DNA of 45,330 bases from a bacterium (GCA_046484135.1 JAWOBU010000160.1:1-45330); one strand, 5' to 3'. Counted from the first letter of the stretch, positions 27,084-35,418 are shown. Numbers and translations are program-made. Notes: generated by a model not told the origin, from the letters alone.

Positions 27084-28064
27084 CTAATTTTTGTTTTCCT
27101 TGGACAAAAGTTTCAAGACATTGTTCTTGTGCAGGGTCTCATACACGTTTTCAGCGATCAGCTCGTATCCCGCGGCCCGCGCGTGCATGTCCGGGAAGAA
27201 GAGCTTGTCCCGGGCCTTTTGGTCAAAGGTCCCGTCCGGTTTTTGCATCCGGTCCTGCAGGGCCCGGTCATTATCGGCAAGCGGCACTTTGTACCTCTTT
27301 GCCACCCTCCGGAGCAGCGGGTTACAGCCGGTGAAGGAGTAGTCCGGGCCGGTTACATAGGTCATGAGCACGGGCACGGCGTGCCGGTCGCGTACGGTCC
27401 GGATGATCGCTTCCAGGTCGCGACGAGCCCGGTTTATGTTCTCGCCCGGCTCGGCTCCCCCCCGGATTTTGCGGTGAAGCAGGGTTCTTCCCGAGCGGTC
27501 CCGGGCAAGCTCCTCGGGCGCCCGCGCCCATTTTAACCGGTGTAAAAGCACGTTGACTCCGCGGAGGATCATGACCCGGTTCCATGCTTCTTCCGTAAGC
27601 CGTTCAAGTGTTGAAACGGGCAGGCCGTCCTGCGCGTCCGACCAAGCCGCGAACCGGTGGTTCCAACTGTTGTTTACCACCGCCAGCACAATCACACAGA
27701 CCGGCTCATAGGTCTCCATCCATTCGGGCAGCTTCCTCCTTATCTCGCTGGTATTGGTCCCGGGCGCGCCCAGGTTTATGACCTCGGCCGCGAAGCCTTT
27801 TTCGGCCAGCTTCTTCTCCAGCAGGGCGGGGTAGGCCTCATCCTCGGAAACTCCTGCGCCATAGGTGTGGCTGTCTCCCAGGCAAAGGACCACCGGCGCG
27901 TTCGAGCCGGCCGCGCCTTCAGGCAGGGAGCCGCGGGCCGCCACATGCACGACCTGGAGGGAGAGCTCCAGGCCGAGAACCAGCACTGCCACAAAGGTTA
28001 TGATCCGGAAGAACCAGCGTTTCTTGGCGCCGGCGCGGGTCTGCTTTTCACTCTTTCGGGCCAT
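27084..28064 (-). CDS. Membrane-anchored SGNH/GDSL hydrolase family protein
   Basis: N-terminal TM helix, LCLGDSHTYG (block I), NLGAPG (II), VVNN (III), PDMH..GY (V). Confidence 0.8.
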   Translation of the reverse strand: MARKSEKQTRAGAKKRWFFRIITFVAVLVLGLELSLQVVHVAARGSLPEGAAGSNAPVVLCLGDSHTYGAGVSEDEAYPALLEKKLAEKGFAAEVINLGAPGTNTSEIRRKLPEWMETYEPVCVIVLAVVNNSWNHRFAAWSDAQDGLPVSTLERLTEEAWNRVMILRGVNVLLHRLKWARAPEELARDRSGRTLLHRKIRGGAEPGENINRARRDLEAIIRTVRDRHAVPVLMTYVTGPDYSFTGCNPLLRRVAKRYKVPLADNDRALQDRMQKPDGTFDQKARDKLFFPDMHARAAGYELIAENVYETLHKNNVLKLLSKENKN

Positions 28065-28581
28065 TTTCCTCAAGCCATCTTTGATATGCTCGCCACTCGT
28101 GTTCGAAGTTTTCAGTGAAAACGTCTTTGCCGAGGGAGTCCTCTATCTCGCGGCAGGTCCATTCCCGCACCGCTTCGATCTCGAACCAATGGGGGAAAAC
28201 CTCTCCCCCGTAGGTTGTCAGGTAGGTCCTGATGTCCTCGCTCTCCTTGTCCGTCCGGTACTTAAGATCATAGATGTGCCGGAGCGGAACCCCTTCCAGG
28301 CCGAGCTCTTCTTTCATCTCCCGGCGGGCAGCGCTCAGGTAGTCCTCGCCCGCGTCTACGTGGCCGCCCACCGACGTGTCCCACTTGCCGGCCCCGATGT
28401 CCTTACCCGCCACCCGCTTTTGCAGAAGCAGTCGGCCGTCCGGACGGAAAACCAGAACGTGGACCGCCCTGTGAACCAAGGACGGATCGGAGTGGACCTC
28501 TTTGCGGCTGGCGCGGCCTCTCCAGCGGCCCTCTTCGTCATATACGTCGTAAAGCTCGTCGCTTCCGGGAAAGTCGTCCAT
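28048..28581 (-). CDS. Nudix hydrolase (IDI-1/YfcD-like)
   Basis: Intact Nudix box GHVDAGEDYLSAARREMKEELGL; HRAVHV, LLLQKR, WDTSVGGH. Confidence 0.88.
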   Translation of the reverse strand: MDDFPGSDELYDVYDEEGRWRGRASRKEVHSDPSLVHRAVHVLVFRPDGRLLLQKRVAGKDIGAGKWDTSVGGHVDAGEDYLSAARREMKEELGLEGVPLRHIYDLKYRTDKESEDIRTYLTTYGGEVFPHWFEIEAVREWTCREIEDSLGKDVFTENFEHEWRAYQRWLEENGPKE

Positions 28582-28702
28582 GAAAAAAGTGTAGCGCAAT
28601 AGCAGCGAAGGATAAAGAAGCCATTTCTCTTTTGTCCGGAATTCTGATTTCGGGCAGAGCCGCATCTGTATATAGAGAGCTTCGTAGCGCAGGTCTTGGA
28701 AA

Positions 28703-28724
28703 TCGCGGCTTACGCCGCTCGCAC
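28703..28724 (-). repeat. REP-like palindrome
   Basis: Minus strand GTGCGAGCGGCGTAAGCCGCGA; differs at 1 of 22 positions from the copy at 32506-32527. Confidence 0.7.
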
Positions 28725-28874
28725 TTGCGGGTTATTTCCCGGCTGAAAAGACACCGGTTTTTCGGAGCACGGGTAGAATGAATACATTGCGAGCGTCGGA
28801 ATTCGCGGTTGAAGAGGGCACGACCGGCATACATTTGGGAGGAGACATGGAGCGCTTGTCGGGGGGGATGGAGT

Positions 28875-30071
28875 TCAGTCTTTCAGCCTCTCCACGGCTT
28901 CCTCCAGCCCTTCGATGGTGAGGTCGTACATGGGGAAGACCTGGCGGATGTGGGCGATGGTTTCCGCTCCTTCGGTCCACTCCCAGCGGTCGCGCCTTTT
29001 GGGGTTCAGCCAGACCGAATGGGGAAAGGTGTCCGCCAGGAACTGGAGCCACTTCAAGCCGGTGCGGGACTGTCTTTCATAGTAGTAGATGCTGCCGTCC
29101 GCTCCCATAAGCTCGTAGGGCGCCATGGACGCGTCTCCCACGATGATGAGCCTGGACTCGGGGTCCTTGCGGGCGAAGTCGAGAGTGGGCACTCTTTTTC
29201 GGATGCGCATGGGGTCTTCCCACACGTAGTCGTAGATGCAGTTGTGGAAGTAGTAGACGGAGAGCTCCTTGAAGTTGGACCGGGCGTGGTGAAAGAGGTT
29301 TGAGCATACCTCGATGTAGGGGTCCATGGACCAGCCGCCGTTGTCCATCATGAGGATGACCCGCAATCGGTCGCGCATGGCCCGGTCGAACACGATCTCG
29401 ATATCGCCTCCCTGCCGGCAGGTCTCCCGGATGCTCTCTTCGATGTTGACCTCGTCGCGCGGCCCCACCGGCCGGAGGTTCTTCAAATGTCGGAGAGCCT
29501 CGCCCATCTCGGAGGCGCCCAATGTGCGGCCCCTCGAGTAGTCCTTGTAGCGCCTTTCGTTTGCGATCTTGATGGCGGTCTTGCCCTGCGAAGAGCCTCC
29601 CACCCGCATGCCCGCCGGGTTCTGGCCCGAGTGGCCCACCGGCGATGTCCCGCGGGTGCCGATCCAGCGGTTGCCGCCGTGATGGGCCTCGGTCTGCTCG
29701 CGCAGGCGGTCGAGGAAGTACTGGACCAGCTCGTCGGGTGACAGGTTCTTGATGTCCTCCGGGTCCATGTCCAGCATCTCGGCGAGGTCTTCCGGGTCCT
29801 TGAGCCATTCTTCGAGCATAGCGCGCATGGCTTCCTCCAGGGAGCGGTCAAGGTCGTCCACGAACTCGACCCCCTCGAAGTAGGACGCGAAAATCCGGTC
29901 ATAGAGATCAAAGAGCTTCTCGCTCTTTACCATGACCGACCGGGTGATGTAGTAAAAGTCGTCCAGGGAGCTCACCAAGCCCATGTCCAGCGCCTTTTGC
30001 AGTCTCAGAAACGAGGTCGGACTTACGGGCACTCCCTTGTTTCTTAACTCGTAGAAGAACTCGACGAACAT
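28875..30071 (-). CDS. VWA domain CoxE-like protein (MoxR partner type)
   Basis: MF..FFYELR..GVPVS, H.GGNRWIGT.GTSP.GHSG, MDNGGWSMDPY, YYFHNCIY, IVGDASMAPYEL, VWLNP. Confidence 0.85.
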   Translation of the reverse strand: MFVEFFYELRNKGVPVSPTSFLRLQKALDMGLVSSLDDFYYITRSVMVKSEKLFDLYDRIFASYFEGVEFVDDLDRSLEEAMRAMLEEWLKDPEDLAEMLDMDPEDIKNLSPDELVQYFLDRLREQTEAHHGGNRWIGTRGTSPVGHSGQNPAGMRVGGSSQGKTAIKIANERRYKDYSRGRTLGASEMGEALRHLKNLRPVGPRDEVNIEESIRETCRQGGDIEIVFDRAMRDRLRVILMMDNGGWSMDPYIEVCSNLFHHARSNFKELSVYYFHNCIYDYVWEDPMRIRKRVPTLDFARKDPESRLIIVGDASMAPYELMGADGSIYYYERQSRTGLKWLQFLADTFPHSVWLNPKRRDRWEWTEGAETIAHIRQVFPMYDLTIEGLEEAVERLKD

Positions 30072-30075
30072 GGAT

Positions 30076-30750
30076 TTATCCCCTTTCCATTGCCGGCAAA
30101 GCGCGGCTCCTGCTTTTGTAATAAGGGTTGAGGCCGGGCGCGGCCTTTTCCAGGAACTCGAACTGAGCGGGCTTCCACTGGGGAATGTGAAAATGCATTA
30201 TCATGTCCGTCTTGACCTCCTCGATCGTCCAGTCCTGGTAGGCCATGCGATAGAGGGCCACCATCACGCCGGTGCGGTCGGCGCCGCCCAGGCAGTGGAC
30301 GAGCACGGGGTAGTCAAACTTGTAAGGCCCGTCCGGCTCGAGCCCCACTCTCTGGGTGATGATGTCCTGGTATTGCCCGAGCTTAACTGTATGGCCGCTC
30401 ATCATGTCCAGGAACAGGCCGACCTGCGCCGCAGTGGGGGGCTCGTCGGACTTCATCCCGATTGCTATGATCTCGACCCCCTGTGCGCGCGCCCAGTCAA
30501 TCACCGGTTCTTCTTCCGAACCGTTCAGGCAGAACACGGTGCCGAGCCCGTGCTTTTCACGGATTCTTTCAAGGTCGCCGGTTCCGGGCTCTCCCGAGCG
30601 AATGAGCTTGCCGGGCTCCACCACCTCGAGGTTCAGAAGAAAGGCCCGGTCCATGGCCGCCATGGTGCCGGCATACGCCGCAATCAGCGCGGGAACCAGC
30701 ACCACCGCGGCCAGGGCCGCCTTGTTTTTCTTGTTCAGGTTTTTTTGCAT
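30076..30750 (-). CDS. Protein-tyrosine/dual-specificity phosphatase family protein with N-terminal membrane anchor or signal
   Basis: LIRSGEP and P-loop VLVHCLGGADRTG (CX5R). Confidence 0.85.
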   Translation of the reverse strand: MQKNLNKKNKAALAAVVLVPALIAAYAGTMAAMDRAFLLNLEVVEPGKLIRSGEPGTGDLERIREKHGLGTVFCLNGSEEEPVIDWARAQGVEIIAIGMKSDEPPTAAQVGLFLDMMSGHTVKLGQYQDIITQRVGLEPDGPYKFDYPVLVHCLGGADRTGVMVALYRMAYQDWTIEEVKTDMIMHFHIPQWKPAQFEFLEKAAPGLNPYYKSRSRALPAMERG

Positions 30751-30815
30751 CTACATGGTATCAACAAGTCATGATAACCCATGCGCGCGCGATGACAAGA
30801 CTGGCCCCGTCTTTA

Positions 30816-32435
30816 TTAATCCATGCTGATGTTTTGTTCTTCCCAGAACCTGCACTTTTCCCGGTTGCCGGTGGTCCGGACGTTCAGCGGGTCGTCCAGG
30901 AGCATCCGTTGCATGGTGTCCGGGTTGTAAGCGGGCCATTCTTTTAGTCCCTCGCCGTTGGGGTCCCCCTTGTAAGCGAAGTTGCTCCAGTAGTCGGTCA
31001 TGGTGCGCGACAGACCGTTTGCCTTTTTTATGTGATAGTTGCTCATAAAGTTGCTTACCGGCGGCCGGTCCATGGTATTGAAGATGAAAGGTATCTCGAA
31101 GGCATGGCACGCCCCTGCCATGTCCGGCAAAAAATGGCGGTCGTAATCGAACCGGTAGTAGTACACGTCCTGTTGCGGCGCGGCCGCTTGTACGGCCTGG
31201 TAGCACTTGCATCCCAGCATGGCGTCTCCGAGGGCGTCTATCACAGCGTCCGCGGGCCGGTTGTAATCGCGGTAAGGATAGTGTTGCTCGATGCCTGGCA
31301 AGAGGTCTTCCCCCCCCGAGTCTTTTACAAACCATCTTATGAGCGACTTGGGCGCGAGCCTTATGCCGGGCATGGTAAGGGTGAACAGCTTGGCCTCGTC
31401 CCGGTTGCTGCCGACCATGAGCGGCACCCGGTTGTACTCTCCGCTTCGGATGGCTTGAATGGGGAACTGTTCGAGCGCGTATCCGTCCAGGTGGGGAATC
31501 CAGGTAAAGCCCATGTCATCGAGGTTCAGCAGGTCACCGCTGTCCTCCTTTACGCTCTTGTTCTCCTGGATTTCCAGCGCCGGTTTCGAGCGCAGGCAAG
31601 AGAGTTCGTCTTCACCGGCGCAGTCCAGGTTGCGGGCCAGCTTTCGGCCGTGCTTATAGCCTTTCTCCAGCGAGGTCACGGTATTGCATCCGCCGCTTTC
31701 GATCACCGCCCGGTGGAAAAGTCCGTCGGCCGGGGGCGAAGCCAGGAGGTTGCACACGCTCCAGCCGCCCGCGGACTCGCCGAATATGGTTACACGGTCG
31801 GGGTCTCCCCCGAAGCTCGCGATGTTGTTCTTGACCCACCTCAAGGCCTGTACCTGGTCCAGGAGCCCGTAGTTGCCCGAGCTGCCGTGCGGGTCTTCCT
31901 CGGACAGCGCGGGGTGGGCCAAAAACCCGAAAGGACCCAGCCGGTAGTTGATGGAAACCACCACCACTTTGCCGGCGGGAGCCAAGCGGTCGCCGCGGTA
32001 AAGCCCGTAGGACCCGGAGCCGGTGGTCAGGGAACCCCCGTGAATCCATACCATGACCGGGTAGGTCCCGGCCTCGCTCGGACGCCAGATGTTAAGATAC
32101 AAACAGTCCTCGCTGCGCGGCAAGGGGTCTTCACCGCGCATGACAAAGGAATCGTCTTCGCCCTGCATGCACTTGGCGCCGAACGAGTCGGCCGGAAAAA
32201 GCGTGTCCCGCGCGGCCGGGGGCTGGGGCGCTTTCCACCGCAGCTCTCCCACCGGGGGGGCGGCAAAAGGCACGCCGCGATAGGAGCAGGCTTTGCCCTC
32301 GTTCACGCTGAGGCCCGCCACCGGGCCCTGCTCGGTGTCCACCGGCTCGTCGCATACTCCGGCCGGCGCCGGAAGCGCCGGCAGAAAAAGAACGATAAAC
32401 GCGGCAATAAAGATAAAAGGTTCAAACCGTTTCAT
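30816..32435 (-). CDS. Secreted type-B carboxylesterase
   Basis: Signal peptide MKRFEPFIFIAAFIVLFLPALPAPA; GVPFAAPPVGELRW, SEDCLYLNIW, HGG, NYRLG, FGESAGG, NRDE, CHAFE triad. Confidence 0.93.
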   Translation of the reverse strand: MKRFEPFIFIAAFIVLFLPALPAPAGVCDEPVDTEQGPVAGLSVNEGKACSYRGVPFAAPPVGELRWKAPQPPAARDTLFPADSFGAKCMQGEDDSFVMRGEDPLPRSEDCLYLNIWRPSEAGTYPVMVWIHGGSLTTGSGSYGLYRGDRLAPAGKVVVVSINYRLGPFGFLAHPALSEEDPHGSSGNYGLLDQVQALRWVKNNIASFGGDPDRVTIFGESAGGWSVCNLLASPPADGLFHRAVIESGGCNTVTSLEKGYKHGRKLARNLDCAGEDELSCLRSKPALEIQENKSVKEDSGDLLNLDDMGFTWIPHLDGYALEQFPIQAIRSGEYNRVPLMVGSNRDEAKLFTLTMPGIRLAPKSLIRWFVKDSGGEDLLPGIEQHYPYRDYNRPADAVIDALGDAMLGCKCYQAVQAAAPQQDVYYYRFDYDRHFLPDMAGACHAFEIPFIFNTMDRPPVSNFMSNYHIKKANGLSRTMTDYWSNFAYKGDPNGEGLKEWPAYNPDTMQRMLLDDPLNVRTTGNREKCRFWEEQNISMD

Positions 32436-32505
32436 GCTTTCTCTCCCGGTTACTGGTTTATGCCAAAGTAATGTAGAAGCCGCCAAACTCCGGAGCTTGA
32501 GCTTG

Positions 32506-32527
32506 TCGCGGCTTAAGCCGCTCGCAC
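32506..32527 (-). repeat. REP-like palindrome
   Basis: Minus strand GTGCGAGCGGCTTAAGCCGCGA with GCGGCT/AGCCGC stem. Confidence 0.7.
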
Positions 32528-32692
32528 GTATTTCGTGATCATTACTTTCTATCCATTACATCATTATCAACAGGAACTGCAAGCCGGGAATTTTGAAGGT
32601 GCCCGAGCTTGGGGCTGAAGTGAAAATGGAAAAACGCACAAGCTGCCGGGACGTGCATGAGCCGCGGATTTTGGCGTAGGGCATGATTCCTT

Positions 32693-32781
32693 CCCGCAAG
32701 CCGGCCCGCACAACTCCATCTGCGCTGTGCGAGCGACTTTAGTCGCGATCACACAACCCCCCGCAAGCCGGCCCGCACAAC
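32693..32781 (+). repeat. Exact 22-bp direct repeat pair
   Basis: CCCGCAAGCCGGCCCGCACAAC at 32693-32714 and 32760-32781. Confidence 0.85.
32727..32748 (+). repeat. REP-like palindrome
   Basis: GTGCGAGCGACTTTAGTCGCGA with GCGACT/AGTCGC stem, a compensatory change relative to the GCGGCT/AGCCGC copies. Confidence 0.7.
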
Positions 32782-32793
32782 CCCCGGACGATG

Positions 32794-32966
32794 GCCCACA
32801 CAACTTGTTGTGTGGGTACTCGAAGATCACGGGAGAAAGCGCTTCGTTTGGCAAAGTATGTGAAGAAGGCCAAATGGTTTAATGAGGGAGGGGTGCGGCA
32901 AACATCTTTTACAATGTACCTGCAGACCCACTTCGTGAGTCTGCCCACACAACGAGTTGTGTGGGC
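32794..32966. repeat. Two copies of a near-perfect palindrome CCCACACAAC-NN-GTTGTGTGGG
   Basis: Copies at 32795-32816 (loop TT) and 32943-32966 (11-bp arms, loop GA), 149 nt apart. Confidence 0.85.
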
Positions 32967-32973
32967 TATCCGG

Positions 32974-33061
32974 ATGGCCGAGTTGGGGGCAGTCAATGGC
33001 CGAGTTGGGGGCAGTCAATGGCCGAGGATGGGGGCTGGTCAATGGCCGAGGATGGGCTATC
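32974..33061 (+). repeat. Tandem repeat, about 4 units of 22-24 bp
   Basis: ATGGCCGAGTTGGGGGCAGTCA x2 (32974-33017), ATGGCCGAGGATGGGGGCTGGTCA (33018-33041), partial ATGGCCGAGGATGGGCTATC. Confidence 0.9.
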
Positions 33062-33173
33062 ATGTCGGCTGAGTGGTTCAATCCATTTGACGGAGAGTTG
33101 TATGTTTCCCGATTGGAAACAAAGCCAAATGTCCTGATTGCCGGAGACGCTTATGGAGGGACTGACCGGTCAT

Positions 33174-33202
33174 AAAAAATGGGGGAACTTCACGAAGCCC
33201 CC
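33174..33202 (-). terminator. Intrinsic terminator-like hairpin, minus strand
   Basis: Minus strand GGGGGCTTCGTGAAGTTCCCCC followed by ATTTTTT. Confidence 0.55.
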
Positions 33203-33316
33203 GAGCTTGACAAAATGCTTCGGAGTCTGTCAATCTTGATATAAAGAGTTCTATAAAGACCCGCCGGCGTTCCTTATTACATCTGATCAATAATATTCTT
33301 CTGGAAGGAGACAGTA

Positions 33317-35326
33317 GTGCCACACGCTTACGAGACCCGGGAGACGGTAGCAGGATTATTTTTTTATCAGGCGGAGAGATTCGGCGACCGCGTGTTTTTT
33401 TACAGCAAGTATAATAAAGGCCGGCCCTCCCCGGACTGGACCGGCATGACCTGGGGGCAGGCTGCAAAAGAGGTCCGGGACCTGGGCGCCGGTCTTATCG
33501 AGCTTGGTCTTGGGGAAGGCGAGCGGGCCGCGGTGTTTTCTCATAACCGCCCCCGCTGGATCATCTCCGACCTTGCCGTATCCGCCGCGGGCGGCATCAG
33601 CGTTCCGGTGTACCCTACCAGCACGGACGATCAGCTCGAGTTCATACTCAAGGACTCGGGGGCGCGCGCGGTAATGGTCGAGGACCAGAAACTCATGGAA
33701 CAAGCGTTGCGGGTCAAACCACAGACCGGTCTCGAGTACATCATCAGCCTCACACCGGTGGACGACCCTCCCGACCCGTGCGTGATAAATTACGAAGAGG
33801 CGCTGGAGAAAGGCGCCGGCTCGGACGCGGCGCAAAAGGAGTTCGAAAGGCGCATGGAGAACCTCTCCGGCGAGAGCGTGGGCGCGATCATCTACACCTC
33901 GGGGACCACGGGGGAGCCCAAGGGTGTAGTGCTTACTCAGTCGAACTTCATGGCCCAGATAGACCAGCTTCTTTCCGGGACCCTGACCGGCGCGCTCCTG
34001 GAGAGGGAGATCGGGCTTGTCAGTTTGTGCCATCTGCCGCTTTGCCATATATACGGCCGGACCGCGGAGTACTTTGTGCAGATTGCCATGGGCGGCCGGA
34101 TGTACTTTGCCGAGAGCATCCAGAAGGTGCCGGAAAACCTGTTGGAAGTCAGGCCCCAGATGCTTATCACCATCCCCCGGCTCTACGAGAAGGTGTATGA
34201 AACGGTACAGGTAAAAGCCGGCCGGATGAAGGGAATCGGCAAGCGTCTTTACGACTGGGCCTTGAAGGTCGGCTTCGAGGTGGTGGACCACATGAGCAAC
34301 GGCAGGCGCATTCCGCCTTTGACCGCCATCAAGTTCTCCCTGGCCGGGACCCTGGTTTACAACCGGATCAAGAAGGCGGCGGGGCTTGACCGGCTGGTGT
34401 TCGCCGCCAGCGGCGGCGGAGCGCTGGCAGAGGAGACCAACCGCTTCTTCCGGGCCTTGAACATCCAGGTGGGCGAGGGATACGGTCTCACCGAGACCAC
34501 CTCCGCCATTACCTGGAACCACCTCGAGTTCATGGAGCCTCCGCCCGACAAGTGGATTTACCGGAAGGGCCTCGAATGGCTTATTGACACCATGGTGGTC
34601 ATGCAGGGCCGAGGGAAAAACCCTTTCAGCCGTCCGCTGGGAATGATTAAGCTCACGGTGGCTACCAATACGGTGGTCCCGCTTCTGGTCATGAAGCCGG
34701 GCACGGTGGGCCGGCCCTGCAAGGACACCGAGATCAAGATAGCACAAGACGGCGAGATTTTGGCCCGCGGTCCCCAGGTGTTCCATCGCGACAAGGGGTA
34801 CTTCAACCGGCCGGATTACACCGCGGAGGCTTTTACTGAAGACGGGTTCTTCTTGACGGGGGACATAGGCGAGTTTGACGAAGACGGGTTTTTAAAGATA
34901 ACCGACCGCAAGAAGGAGCTTCTGGTTACCGCGGGCGGAAAGAACGTGGCGCCCCACCCCATCGAGCTTCTTTTGACTCTGGACCCCTACGTCGAGCAGG
35001 CCTGCGTGGTGGGAGACAAAAGAAAATATTTGTCGGCGCTCATAGTGCCCCAGTTCGAGCTTCTCGAGAAGCTGGCCCGCGAAAAACAGATCGAGTATCA
35101 AACCGTACAAGAGCTCATCGAAAGACCGGAGATCGTAAACCTCTACCGGGAAAAGGTGGACCAGGCGAACCAGAAACTCGCAAGATACGAGCAGATCAAA
35201 ACCTTCCGGCTTCTGCCCGTGCCCTTTACCGAAGAGACCGGTGAGCTGACCCCCACCCAGAAGATGAAACGAAGAGTGATAACAGACAAGTTCAAGGACG
35301 ACATCGAAGCCTGTTACGATAATTAA
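33317..35326 (+). CDS. Long-chain fatty acid-CoA ligase (AMP-dependent synthetase, FadD15-like)
   Basis: IIYTSGTTGEPKGV, LPLCHIY, PRLYEK, EGYGLTET, TGDIG, ITDRKKELLVTAGGKNVAP, ELTPTQKMKR; GTG start after AAGGAG. Confidence 0.93.
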   Translation: MPHAYETRETVAGLFFYQAERFGDRVFFYSKYNKGRPSPDWTGMTWGQAAKEVRDLGAGLIELGLGEGERAAVFSHNRPRWIISDLAVSAAGGISVPVYPTSTDDQLEFILKDSGARAVMVEDQKLMEQALRVKPQTGLEYIISLTPVDDPPDPCVINYEEALEKGAGSDAAQKEFERRMENLSGESVGAIIYTSGTTGEPKGVVLTQSNFMAQIDQLLSGTLTGALLEREIGLVSLCHLPLCHIYGRTAEYFVQIAMGGRMYFAESIQKVPENLLEVRPQMLITIPRLYEKVYETVQVKAGRMKGIGKRLYDWALKVGFEVVDHMSNGRRIPPLTAIKFSLAGTLVYNRIKKAAGLDRLVFAASGGGALAEETNRFFRALNIQVGEGYGLTETTSAITWNHLEFMEPPPDKWIYRKGLEWLIDTMVVMQGRGKNPFSRPLGMIKLTVATNTVVPLLVMKPGTVGRPCKDTEIKIAQDGEILARGPQVFHRDKGYFNRPDYTAEAFTEDGFFLTGDIGEFDEDGFLKITDRKKELLVTAGGKNVAPHPIELLLTLDPYVEQACVVGDKRKYLSALIVPQFELLEKLAREKQIEYQTVQELIERPEIVNLYREKVDQANQKLARYEQIKTFRLLPVPFTEETGELTPTQKMKRRVITDKFKDDIEACYDN

Positions 35327-35418
35327 AAACCGCCTCGCTCCGGCATAAAATTCCTGATCCTCTGCGCTTGTGCGGGAGATAAAGAGTTATTGGAACAAGA
35401 GCGAGTGGGTGGTATTGC

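Noticed and set aside
32693..33061. CRISPR array (repeats ending in CACAAC; tandem 22-24-mers)
   Set aside because: Only two copies of the 22-bp repeat, the tandem units have no unique spacers, and no cas genes are in the window.
32970..33090. tRNA or tRNA fragment (GATGGCCGAGTTGG and GGCTGAGTGGTT resemble Ser/Leu D-arm sequences)
   Set aside because: No acceptor stem, anticodon arm or properly placed GTTCRA T-arm could be built.
32567..33175. Short ORFs of 72-95 aa in the repeat-rich gap
   Set aside because: Mutually overlapping, translate the DNA repeats, and lack RBS or recognisable motifs.
35335..35410. Bidirectional terminator between the ligase and rel
   Set aside because: Only a 7-bp CTCGCTC/GAGCGAG pairing across a long loop and no T tract.
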